Positions 46,340-58,544 of a stretch of DNA of 60,487 bases are shown here, in pieces; within the stretch, counting starts at the first letter, position 1, and every line of letters begins with the position of its first letter. The DNA is from an uncultured Alcanivoracaceae bacterium (lineage in GTDB: Bacteria > Pseudomonadota > Gammaproteobacteria > Xanthomonadales > Marinicellaceae), in contig CAMZLQ010000038.1 in the NCBI GenBank assembly GCA_947311585.1, positions 1-60,487 on the forward strand. The letters are read 5' to 3'. The position numbers and the translations under genes are program-made. The notes beneath the pieces are model-generated. The model did no database searches and was not told where the DNA came from. It worked only from the letters and a program-made list of their open reading frames with translations.

Positions 46340-47716
46340 ATGGGCGTTGTTGCTATTGTTATTTCTTTATTGTTGCTGATGTATTTTGCCTATCGAGGTG
46401 TTTCTGTCATTATATTGGCTCCCTTGTTGGCAATGTTTGCTGTTGTCTTTGCAGGGGAATCTTCACAAGTCATGGCAATTTATACTCAGGTGTTTATGAA
46501 AGGTGCGGTTAGTTTTATTGCCAAATACTTCCCTATTTTCTTACTTGGAGCTATTTTTGGTAAATTAATGCAAGATTCAGGCTCTGCAAAAACCATCGCC
46601 ATTGCCATTATAAAATTTGTTGGCAAAAAGCATTCTGCCCTTGCCATTGTCACCTCATGTGCCTTATTGACGTATGGAGGAATCTCGGTATTTGTTGTGG
46701 CATTTGCTGTTTATCCACTGGCTGCGGCACTTTTTAAAGAAGCCAATTTACCCAAGCAAATAATTCCTGCCACACTGGCACTGGGCGGTGCAACTTTTAC
46801 CATGACCTGCCTACCGGGAACAAACCAAATTCACAACATCATTCCAGGCTCCTATTTTGGTACAAACATTTATGCTGCTCCAATTGTTGGTTTAGTCTCA
46901 GGCTTTATCATCATGATTTTGGGTGTATTATGGATTAATTATCGTTTGAAAAACATTGGCCATTTAGGTTACGGGGAAAACCACACAAATGAACCTGAAG
47001 AGCAAGAAGAAGGCAACTTACCCTCATTTTGGATAGCCATGACACCCATTTTGGTTGTCATCCTAACAAACTACCTTTTTACCGAAATATTGATTCCTCG
47101 TTGGGATGTTAGTTACCTTAATTCGGATAAGTTTGGGCACATCAATGTTAATAAACTCACTGGAATTTGGTCCATGATAATCGCCTTAGTTGCGGCAAAT
47201 ATCACCGTATTATTAATTAACTTTAAAAAATTCAACAACCTAAACAAATCACTTACAGATGGAGCCATGGGCTCTATGCTGCCAACATTTAATACTGGTT
47301 CAGAAGTCGGTTATGGCGTGACAATCGCCTCATTAGCGGCTTTTGCCATTATTAAAGAAGCCGTCGTCAACATTTCACCAGGCAACCCCATGATTTCAGA
47401 AGTCGTTGCCATTAATGTTCTGGCAGGCATAACGGGTTCTGCCTCAGGAGGATTAACCATAGCTCTTGGCGCACTTGGCGACACCTACAACCAAATGGCT
47501 CAATCTGCGGGAATTTCACTCGACTGGATGCACCGTTTAGCCTCAATGGCATCCGGTGGTTTGGATAGCCTTCCTCACAATGGTGCAATTATTACCTTAT
47601 TAACAATATGTGGCTTATCCCACAAACAATCTTACAAAGACATCGCCGTCGTCTCTTTGCTGATACCTGTGATTATGGTTTTTACTATGGCTTTTATTTT
47701 GACTATGATAGTATAG
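46340..47716 (+). CDS. GntP family permease
   Basis: About 458 aa, 12-14 TM. ATG 46340 is preferred because GAGGA lies 5 nt upstream. The track's ATG 46301 sits inside a TATAAT (46304-46309). Confidence 0.7.
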   Translation: MGVVAIVISLLLLMYFAYRGVSVIILAPLLAMFAVVFAGESSQVMAIYTQVFMKGAVSFIAKYFPIFLLGAIFGKLMQDSGSAKTIAIAIIKFVGKKHSALAIVTSCALLTYGGISVFVVAFAVYPLAAALFKEANLPKQIIPATLALGGATFTMTCLPGTNQIHNIIPGSYFGTNIYAAPIVGLVSGFIIMILGVLWINYRLKNIGHLGYGENHTNEPEEQEEGNLPSFWIAMTPILVVILTNYLFTEILIPRWDVSYLNSDKFGHINVNKLTGIWSMIIALVAANITVLLINFKKFNNLNKSLTDGAMGSMLPTFNTGSEVGYGVTIASLAAFAIIKEAVVNISPGNPMISEVVAINVLAGITGSASGGLTIALGALGDTYNQMAQSAGISLDWMHRLASMASGGLDSLPHNGAIITLLTICGLSHKQSYKDIAVVSLLIPVIMVFTMAFILTMIV

Positions 47717-47741
47717 TCGCCATTGCAATTTGAGACTTTTT

Positions 47742-49616
47742 ATGAAATCAACTACCAAACTATTGTTTCTAACCTTCCTAATTTTTAGTTACGGATGTTC
47801 CACCACTGCACATAAAACCAATAAAATTGTTGCCGGTGTTGATTACCACTCTTTTGCCAATACGGATGATGTGGTTATTACGCACATCAATCTAAATTTA
47901 TCAATCGACTTTGACAACCACACAATTCATGGTCGCAATGCCATACAGTACAAACTAAAAAATCCCAATGCCAAAGAAATGATTCTCGACACGCGGGACC
48001 TTACCATCATTAGCATTGGCACACCCAATGGTCGGGGAGGCATAATTCCCGTTAAATGGCACATGGGACAAAAAAACAAAATGCTCGGGCAAGCTTTAAT
48101 CATTGACTTACCAAAAAATGACCGCATTATTATTGAATACCTCACATCGCCAGAGTCCACTGGTTTACAATGGTTAACACCGCAACAAACCAGTTCTAAA
48201 AAATACCCATTTCTCTATTCTCAATCAGAAGCCATTCATGCGCGCAGCTGGATTCCACTGCAAGACACTCCACAAGTGCGTCAAACTTATTCTGCCACCA
48301 TAAAAGTGAATAAAAATTTACGCGCAGTGATGAGTGCCTATAACAACCCCAAGGCTGATGAACGGTTTCGCACTTACTATTTTGATATGCCACAAGCCAT
48401 CCCTTCGTACCTTATTGCATTGGCGGTTGGCAAGCTTGAATACAAAGCCATAGGGCCACGCAGTGGTGTTTGGGCAGAAAAAGTTTTACTAGACAAGGCT
48501 GCTTACGAATTTGAAGACACTGAAAAAATGATTAAAGCTGGCGAGGCCTTGTATGGAAAGTACGATTGGGAAACATACGACTTACTTATTTTGCCTTCAA
48601 GCTTTCCTTTTGGCGGCATGGAAAATCCGCGCTTATCCTTTATTACACCAACCGTTTTGGCTGGTGACAAATCTTTGGTTTCACTTATCGCCCACGAATT
48701 AGCCCATTCCTGGTCAGGCAATTTAGTGACCAATGCCACATGGCGGGATTTATGGCTTAATGAGGGCTTTACGACTTATTTTGAATCACGCATAACCGAA
48801 GTGGTCAAAGGCAAAGAAACCAAGGACATGGAAGCCGTACTTGCCTACCAAGATTTAATCGCGGAGATTCCAGAGTTATCAAAAAAAGACCAACACTTGG
48901 CTTTAGACTTACGAGGACAAGATCCAGATGATGCCTTTACCGAAATTCCATACACTAAGGGACGCCTGTTCTTAGATTGGTTAGAAAACGCTTTTGGTCG
49001 AGAAGTTTTTGATGAATTTATCAAAAGTTATTTTCACCATTTTGCCTTTCAAAGTATAACAACAGAAAATTTTGTCAACTACCTTAATGATAATTTACTA
49101 AAGAAACACCCAAAAACAGTCAGCTTAAAACAAGTCAAGCAATGGATTTATTCTCCTGGCATTCCAAAAACGGCGGTAATCCCTCATACACAGGTATTTA
49201 CAGCTATTGATAACTTAACAAAACAATGGCTTAATAAAGACATCAAAACAAATGAACTGCCCACTAAAAACTGGAGCACACAAGAATGGTTGTATTTTTT
49301 AAATAATATGCCAAAAGAATTCAATTACGACAAAATGGTTGAACTCGACAAAACCTATGATTTAACCCACATAAAAAATACCGAAATTGCACATGTTTGG
49401 TATTTGCTAAGTATTCGCAACAATTACCAACAAGCTTTTGAAAATATGCGTCATTATTTAATCGAAATTGGTCGAAGAAAACTGATTGTCCCTCTTTATA
49501 CAGAGCTTGCAAACAATGACAAGAATCGAGCTTGGGCTCAACGAGTTTACCAGATTGCCAGACCTGGTTACCACAGTTTAGCACAAGTTACAATTGATAA
49601 AATATTCGAAAAATAA
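47742..49616 (+). CDS. M1 family aminopeptidase (leukotriene A4 hydrolase-like), lipoprotein
   Basis: GGMENP exopeptidase motif, HELAHSWSGN zincin, WLNEGF. Lipobox FSYGC. ATG 47742 preferred over TTG 47730. Confidence 0.9.
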   Translation: MKSTTKLLFLTFLIFSYGCSTTAHKTNKIVAGVDYHSFANTDDVVITHINLNLSIDFDNHTIHGRNAIQYKLKNPNAKEMILDTRDLTIISIGTPNGRGGIIPVKWHMGQKNKMLGQALIIDLPKNDRIIIEYLTSPESTGLQWLTPQQTSSKKYPFLYSQSEAIHARSWIPLQDTPQVRQTYSATIKVNKNLRAVMSAYNNPKADERFRTYYFDMPQAIPSYLIALAVGKLEYKAIGPRSGVWAEKVLLDKAAYEFEDTEKMIKAGEALYGKYDWETYDLLILPSSFPFGGMENPRLSFITPTVLAGDKSLVSLIAHELAHSWSGNLVTNATWRDLWLNEGFTTYFESRITEVVKGKETKDMEAVLAYQDLIAEIPELSKKDQHLALDLRGQDPDDAFTEIPYTKGRLFLDWLENAFGREVFDEFIKSYFHHFAFQSITTENFVNYLNDNLLKKHPKTVSLKQVKQWIYSPGIPKTAVIPHTQVFTAIDNLTKQWLNKDIKTNELPTKNWSTQEWLYFLNNMPKEFNYDKMVELDKTYDLTHIKNTEIAHVWYLLSIRNNYQQAFENMRHYLIEIGRRKLIVPLYTELANNDKNRAWAQRVYQIARPGYHSLAQVTIDKIFEK

Positions 49617-49761
49617 GTCTATTTTAATTTTATTTTTAAATTTTAGCTAAAAAGTCAGGAAATAGTTGTTAATTTTTAGGGCTATACGTTAAAATCGCCG
49701 GCTCGTTGGAACAGACCAATGCTTTATTGTGTCTGATACATATAAATTTATTGAGGAAATC

Positions 49762-50019
49762 ATGGTAACAATTAGATTATCACGTCATGGCGCTAAAAGA
49801 GCTCCATTCTATCACGTCGTAGCAGCAGATTGCCGCGCAAAACGTGACGGACGTAACTTAGAAAAAATGGGATTCTTTAATCCTGTAGCACGTGGACAAG
49901 AAGAAAGACTAAGACTTGATCTTGAAAAAATTCAAGCATGGGTAGATAAAGGTGCTCAGCTTTCAGATCGTGTTAAAACTTTAATTAAAGAAGCAAAAAA
50001 AGCAGAAGCTGCGGCTTAA
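49762..50019 (+). CDS. rpsP: 30S ribosomal protein S16
   Basis: [20 protein letters not shown] at ATG 49762, with GAGGAA upstream. The track's ORF start at 49729 is an upstream extension. Confidence 0.95.
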   Translation: MVTIRLSRHGAKRAPFYHVVAADCRAKRDGRNLEKMGFFNPVARGQEERLRLDLEKIQAWVDKGAQLSDRVKTLIKEAKKAEAAA

Positions 50020-50037
50020 TTTAGGCATTCTTTAAAA

Positions 50038-50544
50038 ATGATTAAAGGCAGTCGGGTATTGGTTGGAAAAGTATCTGGCTGTTTTGGTGTAAAAGGATGG
50101 CTAAAGATTTTTTCGTATTGCAATCCCAGAGAAAACATCACCACTTATAAAAGTTGGATTGTTGATGGCAAAGTATTTGATTCAGTTGAATCAAAAAGAA
50201 ATGGCAAATTAATAGTTGCCAAGCTCAAAGGAATTGATGACAAAGATACCGCCATGACACTAATTGGTCAAAGTGTAGAAATACGCGAAGATCAACTCGA
50301 ACAACTTCCGTCTAACCAGTATTATTGGAGAGACTTAATAGGGTTAAAAGTAACAAATACTAAGGGCATTGCTTTAGGTACAATTACCAACCTACTCGAA
50401 ACAGGAGCCAATGATGTCCTTATCATCAAAGGTGAACGCGAAAGGTTGATACCGTACATTACTGAAAATGACAACAATAAAACAGTAATAGCAGTAGATT
50501 TAGATAACAAGACCATGACAGTGGAATGGCATGAGGATGACTAG
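50038..50544 (+). CDS. rimM: ribosome maturation factor RimM
   Basis: 168 aa. VGKVSGCFGVKGWLKIFS matches the RimM N-terminal motif. Position between rpsP and trmD. Confidence 0.9.
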   Translation: MIKGSRVLVGKVSGCFGVKGWLKIFSYCNPRENITTYKSWIVDGKVFDSVESKRNGKLIVAKLKGIDDKDTAMTLIGQSVEIREDQLEQLPSNQYYWRDLIGLKVTNTKGIALGTITNLLETGANDVLIIKGERERLIPYITENDNNKTVIAVDLDNKTMTVEWHEDD

Positions 50545-51227
50545 TGAAATTTACCGTTATTACCTTGTTTCCACAAATGGTCGAAGACACACTGACTTAT
50601 GGAGTCATTGGTAAAGCACTCGAAAAAGGCTTAATTGAACTGAAAACAGTTAATCCAAGAGACTTTAGTACCGACAAACATAAGCGTGTTGATGACCGCC
50701 CATTTGGAGGCGGTGCTGGAATGGTCATGATGTATGACCCATTAGCAGCAACTGTTGAACATTTAAAACAACAGGATAAAGAGTTAACATTAAGTTTTTT
50801 AAGCCCAGCTGGGAAAAAACTTAATCAAGGCACAGTTAATCAATTGGCGCAAAAGCATCATATTGTCTTGCTGTGTGGTCGTTACGAAGGCATCGACCAA
50901 AGATTTATAGACACATACGTCGATAATGAAATATCCTTAGGAGATTTTGTAATCAGCGGTGGAGAACTGGCAGCAGCTGTCATCATAGATGCAGTCGCTA
51001 GGCAGATTCCTGATGTATTAGGAGATGAAGATTCGGCAAAAACCGATTCATTCATGAACAATACTTTAGGTGCTCCACAATACACAAGATCGGCTTTATT
51101 GAAGACCGAAGGTGTTCCAGAAGTATTACTTTCTGGCAATCATGCAAAAATTGCCAAATGGCGAGAACAAAAAGCATTGGAAATCACCAAGGACAAAAGG
51201 CCCGACCTTTTAGGCAAAAAAACGTAA
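50544..51227 (+). CDS. trmD: tRNA (guanine37-N1)-methyltransferase TrmD
   Basis: 227 aa. The GTG start shares one nucleotide with the rimM TAG. ITLFPQM, GRYEGIDQR, SLGDFVISGGELAA motifs. Confidence 0.95.
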   Translation: MKFTVITLFPQMVEDTLTYGVIGKALEKGLIELKTVNPRDFSTDKHKRVDDRPFGGGAGMVMMYDPLAATVEHLKQQDKELTLSFLSPAGKKLNQGTVNQLAQKHHIVLLCGRYEGIDQRFIDTYVDNEISLGDFVISGGELAAAVIIDAVARQIPDVLGDEDSAKTDSFMNNTLGAPQYTRSALLKTEGVPEVLLSGNHAKIAKWREQKALEITKDKRPDLLGKKT

Positions 51228-51379
51228 GATGGGCCCCGCCCATCATAAAAAAATATGGACAGAAATGTTCAAAACGGCAGAACCTCTGATTAATCGCCAC
51301 CATTAGCTTGGTTGGTTTGTAGAATGAACGTTCTGGATTGTAAACCATGCAAAAAGCATGATTGATAAAGAGAATCGCA

Positions 51380-51742
51380 ATGAGTGATATAATTAAACAA
51401 CTTGAAGCAGAACAAATGGGCAAAGAAATCCCTGCGTTCAACCCAGGTGACACCGTAATAGTTGGTGTTAAAGTAAAAGAAGGTAAACGTGAACGTGTTC
51501 AAAACTTTGAAGGCGTTGTAATTGCTAAGAAAAATCGCGGCTTAAACTCTGCATTTACCGTACGTAAAATATCTTACGGTGAAGGCGTTGAGCGTGTATT
51601 CCAAACTTACAGCCCAATGATTGACAACATCGAAGTTAAACGACGTGGTGATGTCAGACGTGCGAAACTATACTACTTACGTGGTCTAGAAGGACGTGCT
51701 GCAAGAATTAAAGAAAAATTAGCAACCAAAAAAGGAGCATAA
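51380..51742 (+). CDS. rplS: 50S ribosomal protein L19
   Basis: [12 protein letters not shown] at ATG 51380 is collinear with E. coli L19 ([29 protein letters not shown]). TTG 51362 is an upstream extension. Confidence 0.95.
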   Translation: MSDIIKQLEAEQMGKEIPAFNPGDTVIVGVKVKEGKRERVQNFEGVVIAKKNRGLNSAFTVRKISYGEGVERVFQTYSPMIDNIEVKRRGDVRRAKLYYLRGLEGRAARIKEKLATKKGA

Positions 51743-51744
51743 TC

Positions 51745-51981
51745 ATGGCTAGAGTCTGTCAAGTAACAGGAAAAAGACCAGTAACTGGTAACAACGTTCC
51801 TCATTCATTAAGAAAAACCAGACGTCGTTTCTTACCCAATTTGCACACACACAAATTTTGGGTTGAAAGCGAAAACCGCTGGGTTAAATTACGCACTTCT
51901 ACCAAAGGCATGCGTATTATCGATAAAAAAGGCATTGATGCAGTACTTGCTGATTTGCGTAAGAAAGGGTTAAAGGTGTAA
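51745..51981 (+). CDS. rpmB: 50S ribosomal protein L28
   Basis: [17 protein letters not shown]...[15 protein letters not shown] is collinear with E. coli L28. Confidence 0.95.
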   Translation: MARVCQVTGKRPVTGNNVPHSLRKTRRRFLPNLHTHKFWVESENRWVKLRTSTKGMRIIDKKGIDAVLADLRKKGLKV

Positions 51982-51984
51982 ATC

Positions 51985-52170
51985 ATGCGTGAAAAAATTA
52001 AATTAGTTTCAACGGCTACACACGTTGGTGGTAAAAAAGATGGTCAAAAAACAGGTCATTATTACACAACCACAAAAAACAAAAAAACAACTCCAGATAA
52101 ACTTTCATTCATGAAATACGATCCAGTTGTTCGTAAGCACGTACTTTATAAAGAATACAAAATAAAATAG
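51985..52170 (+). CDS. rpmG: 50S ribosomal protein L33 (Cys-less form with a ~10-aa loop insertion)
   Basis: REKIKLVS...[17 protein letters not shown]...[17 protein letters not shown] matches L33. An extra [12 protein letters not shown] is present relative to E. coli. Confidence 0.9.
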   Translation: MREKIKLVSTATHVGGKKDGQKTGHYYTTTKNKKTTPDKLSFMKYDPVVRKHVLYKEYKIK

Positions 52171-52193
52171 TCTTCTTTTAAGAGTAACAAATA

Positions 52194-52233
52194 AAAAACC
52201 TGCAATTAATTTAGCTAATTGCAGGTTTTTTTT
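52194..52233 (+). terminator. Rho-independent terminator after rpmG
   Basis: 10-bp stem CCTGCAATTA (52199-52208) / TAATTGCAGG (52216-52225) with a 7-nt loop, followed by T8. Confidence 0.9.
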
Positions 52234-52294
52234 ATTCCCAATATGCATCTCTAAACTGTTAGCCTATAATAGTAAAATTTATAAAATCAACCTT

Positions 52295-53002
52295 ATGTTA
52301 GATAAAATACTTAATGCACCAATCATTGCCCAATTAAAGCAGTGCCATTTATTTAAAGCCATGAATGAAAAACAGTTCGATTCAGTGATGAATCATTGCC
52401 GTTTGCAAAATCTTAAGGCAGATCAACTGCTCTTTCAACAAGACACAGAATTGACCCATATCTATTATTTGTATGATGGTGCAGTCAAATTATTTCGTTC
52501 AACTCGAAACGGTAATGAAAAAATAATTGAGGTGGTTCAACCCGGCAAACCCTTTGCCGAAGGCGTATTATTTGCAGGTTCACCCAAATACCCCGTTTCT
52601 TCTATTGCGATGAAACAAAGTATTGTCGTCAGCATTAAAGCCAACAAGTATCTTGATACCTTAAAAAGCTCGAATGATTTGTGCATCAATATGCTAGGTC
52701 ACCTGTCGCAGCGTTTGCATTGGATGTTAAAAGAACTTGATAAACAAACCCTGCATAATGCCTCTTTTCGTATTGTGGATTATTTTTTAAATCAAGTTGC
52801 TGAGAATATTGATTCGGCGTATGATCTTTGTTTAACCATTCCTAAGCGTGATATTGCCTCTCGATTATCAATTAAGCCAGAAACCTTTTCACGAGCACTT
52901 AAATCTTTATTTAAAAAAGGATTAATTGACATGAAGGACAATCATATTATTTTAAAAGATGTTCACAAACTACGCGAACTCGTTGATTTAGAAGAAATTT
53001 AA
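52295..53002 (+). CDS. Crp/Fnr family transcriptional regulator (Dnr/NnrR-type candidate; no FNR Cys cluster)
   Basis: 235 aa with a cNMP-binding-like beta-roll. C-terminal HTH RDIASRLSIKPETFSRALKSL. The N-terminus lacks the Cys-rich FNR motif. Convergent with nirS. Confidence 0.8.
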   Translation: MLDKILNAPIIAQLKQCHLFKAMNEKQFDSVMNHCRLQNLKADQLLFQQDTELTHIYYLYDGAVKLFRSTRNGNEKIIEVVQPGKPFAEGVLFAGSPKYPVSSIAMKQSIVVSIKANKYLDTLKSSNDLCINMLGHLSQRLHWMLKELDKQTLHNASFRIVDYFLNQVAENIDSAYDLCLTIPKRDIASRLSIKPETFSRALKSLFKKGLIDMKDNHIILKDVHKLRELVDLEEI

Positions 53003-53004
53003 CT

Positions 53005-53039
53005 AAAAAAAGGCTACACATTAAATGGTAGCCTTTTTA
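53005..53039. terminator. bidirectional Rho-independent terminator between the Dnr-type regulator gene and nirS
   Basis: Stem AGGCTAC (53011-53017) / GTAGCCT (53028-53034), flanked by A6 (53005-53010) and T5 (53034-53038). Confidence 0.8.
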
Positions 53040-53061
53040 TATTCTTGTGAGATGCTAAAAC

Positions 53062-55227
<2,166 letters not shown>

Positions 55228-55268
55228 CTAATTTGGAGATATTTTACTCTTCTTAAACTGGTTCAGCA

Positions 55269-55282
55269 TTGACTTAAATCAA
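55269..55282. promoter_or_regulatory. FNR/Dnr-type binding box upstream of nirS
   Basis: TTGACttaaATCAA against the consensus TTGAT-N4-ATCAA (one mismatch). Centred about 96 nt upstream of the nirS ATG. Confidence 0.6.
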
Positions 55283-55330
55283 CTCAAATATCTCTTATTG
55301 TTGAAGATTCAAAGGCATTAAGCTTTTGCT

Positions 55331-57508
55331 CTAAAATTCAATAGCATAGGATAAAGAAACATTTCGAGAAGGCTTTGACAAGGCATCAATAATCACTTCA
55401 TCTTCGGAAAAATTTCGCACTTGTTGCCAGTTCCAATACTCTTTATCGGTTAAATTAAAAATACCCAATCGAATTCGTTGATTTTGAGAAAGTTTATAAT
55501 CCACAAACAAATCAAATACACTGTACCCTGCTGGTACAAACAGACTACTTCGTCCTTGAGCAACACGATCTTGCTTCGCAACAAAAGTCGAGTAGAGGTT
55601 AACGTTCCATATATTATTAGCTGAATGCCATTGCAGGTTATTGACTAATTTGGCTGGAGAAATAGTGTTAAGTGGCTCATCACTGCTTCTATTAACCCCA
55701 TGCGTCAAGCCTAAAGAAGTATAAGTGCTAAAAGAATCATTTATCTGCCATTGGTGACTGACCTCGATTCCTGAAATTTCAGCTTCATGTATATTTCGCG
55801 ACTGAAACAATAAAATTCCGGTAGTTGGATCAACGCCAATACGTGCTTTTGTTTCTATAAAATCATTATATTTTGTTAAAAAAGCCGTGACATTAAATTG
55901 CTGCGACTCACCAAAATAACGAAAGCCCACTTCAAAACCATCAGATGTTTCAGATTTTAAATCTGGATTTGCAATCGCTTTAAGACGAAAAATTGGAATA
56001 TTCAATCCAATATTAACATCTTCAAAAGGGGGCGCTCTAAAACCACGAACGTATTGTGCATAAATACTGGATTGATTATTAATTTCGTACATAACGCCGA
56101 GTTTTGGAGAAAAATCGAATTCACTAACTGACACAATTTGCGTATCCACACCATTAGCATCAAAAACAGTATCGCGAGTGGGCGTTAAATCGTAATAATC
56201 AAACCGTAACGCAGGAATAATCGTCCAAGAACTGTCTTCAATCTTAATTTCATCTAAAACAAACATCCCAAACTCATCCACTTGAGAATTTGGAAAATCC
56301 CGACGAGGAAAAACCTCTCCCAAAATAGATGACAAGGTAACATTTGTGGTTAAATTAGTTTCAGAACCATTGCGTAGTTCTTTAATATCGGCAACTTTAT
56401 ACTCAACACCATACACTAGGTTGTGTATCGCACTATTGGTGAGATATTGCTTGTTGAGATTCAACTCAATACCATAATTGCTTTGGTCAAATTCAAAATG
56501 ACGGAATTGAGCCAAAGGCGTGCCACGACGTGAACTTCTTTGCTCAAAGCTGTCTTGATTAAAGCTAGTTTTTGCATAATAAGCACGAACCACGCCTTCA
56601 TCAAATAAAGCATTATCAAGAATAAAATCATAATCCATTGACGCTTTAAAATTATTGCTGTCATCATCAGCCAATAATTGGGTGGTACGAGAAAAACGCC
56701 CCTGCCCTAAAAATGAATTAATCTGTGTTTGATTTTGTCTTTGCGTTGCGGATAAAGCAAAACTTAAATTATTACTACCAGAGGTATTAACAACAAATTT
56801 TGCAAACAAAGTCTGCTCATCCCAGTCTCCAAAATCTCGTTGTAAAGTGCTCGAATCATGATTCATCAATGCTTTGCCATCACGATGAGTTACTGAAACC
56901 ACGGCTCCTAGCCTATCGCCATTCCACGCTGTTAATCCAGAAACAACACGACCATGGGTTTTGCCATCGTAACCCAGTCGAATCTTTGAATAGCGTTCAT
57001 CATCACTTAAACGGGTTAAATCTTCAGGGTTCCAGGTCTTAATTGAGACAATACCGCCAATGGCATCACTGCCATACAACGTTGAGGCAGGTCCATTGAG
57101 AATTTCGATAGATTTAATCAAATCCGTTTCAGGAAACTGTGCAGTGGCATTGGAATAAGAACCAATAGAAAACTGTTTCGCATTGGTAATGCCATCGACC
57201 TCAATCGCCACACGGTTGTTACCAATACCACGAATATTGATGCCCGCATCACCAAATCGCGTGCCTGCATTCTCCATACTGATAGTGCTTTCGTAACGCA
57301 AAGCATCTCCAATATTCTCACTATTGGTTGCCGCAATATCTTCGGCAGTAACAACACTCACCGCCCCGACCACTTCCACAACGGGCCGTAACTGTTTATT
57401 AGCAACCGCCACAACGGTGGTAGAATCCAATTCGACTTTTGCATCATCTGCTAAAACAGAAAAACTAAAAGTGAAAGACAAAGCCAAATACAAAGGTATT
57501 TTTTTCAT
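55331..57508 (-). CDS. TonB-dependent receptor (haem/haemoglobin-receptor-like)
   Basis: Start at MKKIPLYLALSF (ATG 57508). Signal peptide, TonB box STTVVAVA and plug domain. FRAP ... NPDL motif pair (YVRGFRAPPFEDV...IANPDLKSE). C-terminal ...SYAIEF. Confidence 0.8.
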   Translation of the reverse strand: MKKIPLYLALSFTFSFSVLADDAKVELDSTTVVAVANKQLRPVVEVVGAVSVVTAEDIAATNSENIGDALRYESTISMENAGTRFGDAGINIRGIGNNRVAIEVDGITNAKQFSIGSYSNATAQFPETDLIKSIEILNGPASTLYGSDAIGGIVSIKTWNPEDLTRLSDDERYSKIRLGYDGKTHGRVVSGLTAWNGDRLGAVVSVTHRDGKALMNHDSSTLQRDFGDWDEQTLFAKFVVNTSGSNNLSFALSATQRQNQTQINSFLGQGRFSRTTQLLADDDSNNFKASMDYDFILDNALFDEGVVRAYYAKTSFNQDSFEQRSSRRGTPLAQFRHFEFDQSNYGIELNLNKQYLTNSAIHNLVYGVEYKVADIKELRNGSETNLTTNVTLSSILGEVFPRRDFPNSQVDEFGMFVLDEIKIEDSSWTIIPALRFDYYDLTPTRDTVFDANGVDTQIVSVSEFDFSPKLGVMYEINNQSSIYAQYVRGFRAPPFEDVNIGLNIPIFRLKAIANPDLKSETSDGFEVGFRYFGESQQFNVTAFLTKYNDFIETKARIGVDPTTGILLFQSRNIHEAEISGIEVSHQWQINDSFSTYTSLGLTHGVNRSSDEPLNTISPAKLVNNLQWHSANNIWNVNLYSTFVAKQDRVAQGRSSLFVPAGYSVFDLFVDYKLSQNQRIRLGIFNLTDKEYWNWQQVRNFSEDEVIIDALSKPSRNVSLSYAIEF

Positions 57509-57546
57509 GGTAAAAACCCACATTAATTAATATGCGAGCAGTTTAG

Positions 57547-57565
57547 TCAAATGAGAATTTTTATC
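57547..57565. promoter_or_regulatory. possible Fur box upstream of the TonB-dependent receptor
   Basis: TCAAATGAGAATTTTTATC matches 13 of 19 positions of GATAATGATAATCATTATC. It lies 39-57 nt upstream of the receptor ATG. Confidence 0.35.
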
Positions 57566-57720
57566 ACTTGATGTGAGTCAACTATTTGAAATTTGCAAAA
57601 TATAAAACAAAAACAATTATCACCCAGTAGCGCAGTGAAAAGAAAAATTTATTGTCCCGAAATATTATTAGAGTGTGTGAAAAAACAGTACTTTTGACCC
57701 ATTTATTTCATTGTTGTTTT

Positions 57721-57729
57721 TGCTATAAT
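57721..57729 (+). promoter_or_regulatory. putative extended -10 promoter for the 57757 gene
   Basis: TGcTATAAT at 57721-57729. Strong SD AAGGAG at 57744-57749, 7 nt before the ATG. Confidence 0.4.
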
Positions 57730-57756
57730 AATAACACGTGATTAAGGAGATTAAAA

Positions 57757-58272
57757 ATGAACACAAACAGTTTAACCGATAGGCTTGAGGTGGATTTATT
57801 GCGTTCCATGATTGTTATTGTGACCGTTGTTTTTTGTGTTTTATCTTTCTTGGCAGACGAAAATCCGTATCTTTCAAATGAAATTGCCCTGTGGATTTAT
57901 TTTATTGCAATTTCTCCTCTGGTTTTTCTCTTTACTTTGAGCATTAAAAATCACTTAAAATTGACATTAGGAATGCTTTTATTGGCATTAACTTCGTGTG
58001 GCGTGCTGTACAGCATTTACAATTTCTCACGCTTTGTAGAGACTAATGGATACAAATCTTTTTTGCTTCTTGCTCATGCTACTACTATCCTGTACTTCTT
58101 TTACAATGCGTCCAAAACTCTAGGAAAGGAGAATGCCGTTATTGATTATAAGTCTGTTAAAGACAACCCAAATAAATCAAGCTCTCGAAAACTTACCAGA
58201 CGCCGAAACCGACGGGAGCATTTGCGTGCTAAGAACTCAACTAGAATTAAATCAGGGCAGTATCGTGGTTAG
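57757..58272 (+). CDS. hypothetical membrane protein (4 TM, highly basic C-terminal tail)
   Basis: 171 aa with a strong AAGGAG SD. Four hydrophobic helices. C-terminus SSSRKLTRRRNRREHLRAKNSTRIKSGQYRG. Confidence 0.6.
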   Translation: MNTNSLTDRLEVDLLRSMIVIVTVVFCVLSFLADENPYLSNEIALWIYFIAISPLVFLFTLSIKNHLKLTLGMLLLALTSCGVLYSIYNFSRFVETNGYKSFLLLAHATTILYFFYNASKTLGKENAVIDYKSVKDNPNKSSSRKLTRRRNRREHLRAKNSTRIKSGQYRG

Positions 58273-58285
58273 GATAAGTTTTTGA

Positions 58286-58474
58286 GTTTACAAGAAAGTA
58301 CCGCAAAGCCATTTCATCTCTTTTGATTCTCCCACGAATGATGCTTGTAACTCAAATTATATTACTGATGCAGATGATGTGGATTTAAATGGCGATAATA
58401 GCATCATTAATGGCGTTATTGATATCGGTGGTGATGAGTATAATGAGTTTATTATGACGGATAGTTTTGAATAA
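58286..58474 (+). pseudogene. start-less C-terminal gene remnant (acidic D/N/G-rich tail)
   Basis: 62-codon open frame from the TGA at 58283-58285 to the TAA at 58472-58474: ...FDSPTNDACNSNYITDADDVDLNGDNSIINGVIDIGGDEYNEFIMTDSFE*. There is no ATG, GTG or TTG until 6 codons before the stop. Confidence 0.3.
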
Positions 58475-58544
58475 AGGCAATATTACTTGCTCAATGACTG
58501 CATATTTGAAAAAATAGCTCCTCTTTAACCACACTACCAATAAT

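Noticed and set aside
51228-51244. GC-rich hairpin after trmD, considered as a Rho-independent terminator.
   Set aside because: No T-run follows it on the coding strand (A-runs flank it instead), and rplS must be transcribed through it. It is kept only as a possible processing or stability element in the ribosomal-operon finding.
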